NCBI GenBank assembly: GCA_963813715.1
Contig: CAWFAK010000017.1
Location: 736,001 to 800,000 of the forward strand
DNA: 64,000 nucleotides
Reading direction: 5' to 3'
Source of the DNA: an uncultured Planctomycetaceae bacterium
Lineage (GTDB): Bacteria; Planctomycetota; Planctomycetia; Planctomycetales; Planctomycetaceae
Position 1 is the stretch's first letter; each line of letters begins with the position of its first letter. Below are positions 59,401-64,000 of this stretch, one piece after another. Under the pieces are notes generated by a model, which saw only the letters and a list, made by a program, of their open reading frames with translations, did not search any database and was not told where the DNA came from. A program made the position numbers and the translations under genes.

Positions 59401-60959
59401 AGGCATCGGCGCTCGGGGCGTGGCGGGAGGCCCTGCGTCCCGCCAAGGAGCAATTGATCAAGCCGCTCGCTCTGATTTATCGGGACACAAAACAGAAAGA
59501 ACAATCTCGTACCTACGCCACGGAGATGCTGGCGGATTACGCCGCCGACCGGCCGGAAGAATTGTTCAACTTGCTGGCCGACGCCGAGCAATTCCAGTTT
59601 CCCGTGCTGTTTGACAAGCTGGTTGTGTACAAAGAAAAAGCTGTCGATCTGGCTCACGAGGAACTCGCCAGAAAGCCGCCGGAAAAAGCGGGCGAGGAGC
59701 AGAAAGAACTGCTCGCAATGCGGCAGGCCAATGCCGCCGGGGCCCTACTCCGGCTCGGAACACCGGAGAAAGTCTGGCCGCTGCTCACGTTCAGCCCGGA
59801 CCCCAGGGTCCGCAGCTACGTCATTCATTGGCTCAGCCCGCTGGGAGGCGACCCACAGCCGATCATTCAACGGCTCGATAGTGAGTCCGACTTAACGATT
59901 CGGCGGGCCTTGGTACTCACGCTAGGCCAATTTACGGAGACGCAATTGTCTCCGGCTGAGCAACAACCGCTGATTGAGAAGCTGCTGATCGTCTACGAAA
60001 ACGAACCGGATGCGGGACTACACGGTGCGGCCGAGTGGTTGTTGCGGAAATGGGGCCACGCTAAACACATGGAAGCCGTCATCGAGAAACTCAAGAGCAA
60101 CGAGCAGCAATTACAAGCCCGAAAGTCGAGCGACAAGCGGCAATGGTTCATCAACGCGCAGAGGCAGACGTTCGTGATTGTGGATGCCGGTGAGTTCCTA
60201 ATGGGATCGCCGAAATCGGAACCCGATCGTTTCCCAGATGAATCCCAGCACCGCTGCCGCATTGGACGGCGGTTTGCAATCGCAACGACCGAGGTAACGA
60301 AGGAGCAGTTTCGACGATTTCAAACGGCACGGCCCGAGATTGCAAAACCGCAAACGGACCAGTGGGTGAAGACGGACGACTCGCCGCAGGTGCAGATGAC
60401 GTGGTACGAGGCGGCGGCGTACTGCGACTGGCTGAGCGAGCGGGAAGGGATTCCCAAGGAACAATGGTGTTACGAACGCAATAAGCAGGGGAAATATGCT
60501 CCAGGAATGAAGGCCAAGAACAAATTCTGGGAATTGACTGGCTATCGGTTGCCCACGGAGGCGGAGTGGGAATTTGCGTGTCGAGCGGGAACGCTGGCGA
60601 GCCGTTACTACGGGCAGACCAAAAGCCTTTTGGCGCAATACGCATGGTATCAGTCGAACGGCCAGAACCGGACATGGCCCATCGGGAGCTTGGAGCCAAA
60701 TGATCTTGGCTTGTTCGACATGCTGGGGAACGTTTGGGAATTGTGCTTTGACGCGTCCGTAGATTACCCGCAGCAGCCAGACAAAGTTGTCGAGGACATG
60801 CCCACGACGCAACCCGTCGAAGGGACGAAACGCCGTATGGTGCGTGGCGGGGCGTTCAGCGATCGATCGGAGTACGTCCGTTCCGCCTACCGTGGCGACG
60901 ACCAACCGGACGACCGTTACTACAATATCGGTTTCCGTCCGGCCAGAACGTTCCCCTGA
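56462..60959 (+). CDS. Ser/Thr kinase - STAND-like P-loop NTPase - helical repeats - FGE-sulfatase/C-type-lectin-fold protein (frameshift about 58000)
   Basis: GKGGFG, HRDVKPGN, DFG; KGLRSFD, GPSGCGKSS, ILDQFEQ, LTHDYL; FLMGSP, TEVT, YRLPTEAEWEFACRAG, GLFDMLGNVWE, RGGAF..GFRPART. Confidence 0.9.
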
Positions 60960-61272
60960 GCGGCTTTACTGCTTTACCTCTATTGCTCACGCTCAGGCCG
61001 TGCCTTTGCGATCAACGACCGCTCCATCCAACAACCCGAGCAAGAACTTCTTACCGGCGAGACGCATGTACGGCCCAAACGACTCCTCAAATGTGTCTTC
61101 GGTCACGCCGGTTCGCTCACCCTTCTCGTTGAACCACACACTGTTGCGCTTCGAGAGCACCAGCCAGACTCTCCATCGGCACTCCTTCGCAAAGACCGAA
61201 GCGAATTCCTCCATCGCCGCACGAGACGCTTGAATCTCAGGCGGAATCATCTTGGTCGAATAGACGGCGCAC

Positions 61273-61764
61273 ATGATTCGGGCGACGAGGTGCGACGCGC
61301 CCGAGGCGGTCGATTTCGCACAAGAGAGCGCGGCAACGCAGAAGCTGTACGGGCTCGATAACAGCCGCACGTACGATCGCGCCGGCAACACCGACAAGCC
61401 GATCGCCGGGCTGATTAAGGATCTCAAGCAGCGCGGACTGCTCAACAGTAAGTTGATCGTCTGGGGAGGCGAATTCGGCCGACAGCCTACGGCGGAGTAC
61501 GCGCAAGGGACCGGCCGCGACCGTAACGCCTACGGATTCACGATGTGGATGGCGGGAGGAGGCATTCGGGGCGGACAAAGCGTCGGCGCTACCGACGAAC
61601 TCGGCTCGGTTGCGGTCGAGTCCCCTTTCCACGTCAAACACCTGCACGCAACGATTCTGAATCAGCTGGGGCTCGATCCGAACCAGCTCTCCCACTTCTA
61701 CGGCGGCCTGAACCAGAAACTGGTTGGAGTCGAGCACGTTAGCCCGATCAGGCAGATCATATGA
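61273..61764 (+). pseudogene. DUF1501 protein fragment (5'-truncated and internally deleted)
   Basis: APEAVD..YGLD fused directly to DKPIAGLIKDLKQRGLL..WGGEFGRQP..WMAGGG..HLHATIL. Confidence 0.75.
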
Positions 61765-61824
61765 AGATCGGTGTCGAGCAGATCGGCAGATCGTGGTGAG
61801 AGCGTCACGGATCGCCAGCCATTT

Positions 61825-62745
61825 TCAGTCACGACGATTCCGGAGATACCGATCAAACCAATTTGCGAACGCCGTGACATCCTCGCTCGACCTCCAAAAG
61901 TCCCCCCAGCCGTGTCCTTTGCCGGGACGAGTAATCAATTGCACATTTGTCGCTCCGACCGCTTTCGCCCGCTGCACAAAGGCCTCGGCTTGCTGCAGCG
62001 GAACGACCGTGTCGGCAGCGCCGTGAATGATCAATGTCGGCGGTAGTTGAGACGTCACGAAGTAGATCGGCGAGATCTCGCGGCCCAGGCTCAAACGCTC
62101 TTTCGGGTCGAGCGCACGCGGGCCAAAAGCCGCCCGCAACGGAGCCAACGGTCCCGCCCCCACCCCGCAAGTTCCGGGACGTCCGTAGTTCAAAAAGTCC
62201 GTCGGCGGAAAGAAGCAAGCCGCCGCTTGTACGCCACTGCTTTCTCGCTCGACCGGGTCCTTCGCATCGGCCCGTCCCGCACCTCCCTGTGTGGCGATCG
62301 AAAGCACGAGGTATCCTCCCGAACTCGATCCCAGAATGCCGATCCGATTCGGACGCACTCCGTACGTTCCCGCATTCGCCCGCACAAACCGCACGGCCCG
62401 ATGCACGTCCGCGACAATTTCCGGAATCGCAAACTTTGGCTGCGAACTCGTCACAACCGCGAACACCGTATACCCGCGCTCGAGATACGGCTGATAGTCC
62501 TCCGGTCGGATCGTCACCATCAACGGCGTCGCTTTACTCGACTGCCAACCCCCATTGACCAAGAACAGCAACCCGCAACCATTGCCGCGCGCCGGTTGAA
62601 ACACATCCAGCGTCAACGCCATTCCGTGCTTCCGCCCGTAGATCACATCCTCCGTACGGCGCACCGTCGCGGCGTCATTTGCAAGGGCGGGTAAGCAGGA
62701 GAGCAGTGCGAGGACCGCGATGCAGCACTGGATTTTGAATCCCAT
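61825..62745 (-). CDS. secreted alpha/beta hydrolase (esterase)
   Basis: Signal peptide; NGGW, GSSSGG nucleophile elbow, HGAADTVVP, GHG. Confidence 0.85.
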   Translation of the reverse strand: MGFKIQCCIAVLALLSCLPALANDAATVRRTEDVIYGRKHGMALTLDVFQPARGNGCGLLFLVNGGWQSSKATPLMVTIRPEDYQPYLERGYTVFAVVTSSQPKFAIPEIVADVHRAVRFVRANAGTYGVRPNRIGILGSSSGGYLVLSIATQGGAGRADAKDPVERESSGVQAAACFFPPTDFLNYGRPGTCGVGAGPLAPLRAAFGPRALDPKERLSLGREISPIYFVTSQLPPTLIIHGAADTVVPLQQAEAFVQRAKAVGATNVQLITRPGKGHGWGDFWRSSEDVTAFANWFDRYLRNRRD

Positions 62746-63047
62746 GCCAATCGATTCTCTCGAGGTGCGCGTTTTGGAACAATCGACGCCGCGGGATGTT
62801 TACCCTCTGGAATCGCTGACAAGTCTCGAATTGGGGCAGGAATCACCCTCTTATCCCGTTGTCCGTGAGATCACGGACGCACGTGCGACCAGCCGTGTGT
62901 CGCCGCCACACACTTCGTCCGGTTCCGAACAGCCACGAGGTCGGAATCGCGACATTTGAGTTTCAGAAACTCGTCGAATCTGGGAGGTTCCATCTAAGGA
63001 ACGTTTCTTGACTCCTCGGTCACGGCTGACTCCCAGGGCTCTGACCG

Positions 63048-64000
63048 TCATCGCGGCTTCGGCACAGCCGCCGCCTGCGCCTTAACCTTCTCCCGCCATT
63101 CGGCGGCCTTTTCGGGTTTGCCCCAGGCTTGGTAGAGCTTCACGACGCGTTCGGCCGCTTCGGGGACGCGGCGTTTGCCTTGGGGGAGGATTGTCGCCTC
63201 GCGGGACTTGAGGCCCTCGTAGCCGGCGAGGATCAGCGGCTGGACTTCGGCGTATTTGCCTTGGCCTAAGAGAGTGCCGCCGAGTTGGGAGCGGGTGTTG
63301 AAGGTGGTCCAGTTGTCGGGCTCGATCTTTTCGCGGATGGCCAGGCACTGGCGGAGCATGGGCTCGGCCTCGGACGGTTTGTCGTGGTTGACCAGCCAGC
63401 CGCCGAGCTGGGCCAGGGCCGGGGCCGTGCGCGGATCGTCGGTGCCGAACTGTTGCTTCGAGCGGCCCAGCAGGTCGCGCAGCAGCGGCTCGACCTTGGC
63501 GGGCAGGCCGCTGGCCTCGTAAGCCTCGGCCAGGAGCGACTTGGTGACGAGCGTGGTGGGGTGATCGGGGCCGAGCGTCGAATCGAGCTTTGCGAGCGCG
63601 GATTCGAGCATGGTGCGGGCTTCGTCGACGCGGCCGGCGATCCAGTAAACGGCCGCCAGACTGTTGCGACTGGCCAGTGTATCGGGGTGGGTGACGCCGA
63701 GCTTTGCCTCCCGGTATTTGAGATTGGTTTCGAGCATGGTGATGGCTTCGTCCTTCCGGCCGACGGCGTTGCACTCGAGGGCGAGGTTATTGCGGCTGGT
63801 GAGCGTGAGGGGATGGTCGGGCCCGAGTAACCGCTCCCGCTTTTTGAGCGTCACCTCGTCGAGCGCGCTGGCATCGGGAATGCGGTTCGCATTCCAGTAA
63901 GCCAGGGCGAGATTGTTGCGGCTGGTGAGCGTCTGTGGGTTGTCGGGCCCGAATTTCGCTTCGGTCTCTTTGAGATTGGCCTCGTGCAGCGCGATCGCCT
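63048..64000 (-). CDS. C-terminal TPR array, probably of a Ser/Thr kinase (starts beyond window)
   Basis: GPDHPLTLTSRNNLA repeats; WTTFNTRSQLG, RVVKLYQAWGKPEKAAEWR. Confidence 0.8.
   Translation of the reverse strand, partial: AIALHEANLKETEAKFGPDNPQTLTSRNNLALAYWNANRIPDASALDEVTLKKRERLLGPDHPLTLTSRNNLALECNAVGRKDEAITMLETNLKYREAKLGVTHPDTLASRNSLAAVYWIAGRVDEARTMLESALAKLDSTLGPDHPTTLVTKSLLAEAYEASGLPAKVEPLLRDLLGRSKQQFGTDDPRTAPALAQLGGWLVNHDKPSEAEPMLRQCLAIREKIEPDNWTTFNTRSQLGGTLLGQGKYAEVQPLILAGYEGLKSREATILPQGKRRVPEAAERVVKLYQAWGKPEKAAEWREKVKAQAAAVPKPR

Noticed and set aside
56462..61000. Complete DGR in the window
   Set aside because: No reverse transcriptase, Avd or template repeat seen; only a candidate target is reported
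60993..61230. Small minus-strand ORF after the FGE gene
   Set aside because: Protein-like but no clear start or recognisable family; not enough support to call

Overview
GC-rich bacterial chromosomal window, almost certainly Planctomycetota (three DUF1559 prepilin-type genes, DUF1573, DUF1501, PQQ-like propeller, giant M56 peptidase and several eukaryote-like Ser/Thr kinases). More than 15 genes are split by single-base frameshifts, most likely uncorrected long-read errors, so many coordinates join ORF pieces. The left part (1-16 kb) holds GT-C/TPR membrane glycosyltransferase-like genes, a DUF1559 pilin and pstSCA. The middle part holds an RR-HK-RR two-component set, BlaI-M56 with a clear promoter/operator, and a tandemly duplicated cassette of extremely Cys-rich DUF1559 pilin plus lipoprotein. 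The right part holds kinase-TPR, kinase-pseudocyclase-ATPase and kinase-STAND-FGE genes, small genes, tRNA remnants and gene fragments. The top finding is an IS110 element (39755-40974) inserted at a CT core inside a REP-like palindrome. Its 240-bp left end reads as a complete bridge RNA: guides match both the target site and its own donor junction, and circularisation would create a TTGAAA-N17-TATGTT promoter. Also notable are a DGR-variable-region-like end on the kinase-STAND-FGE gene (no RT in the window) and an unexplained polarised GGGAC repeat field.
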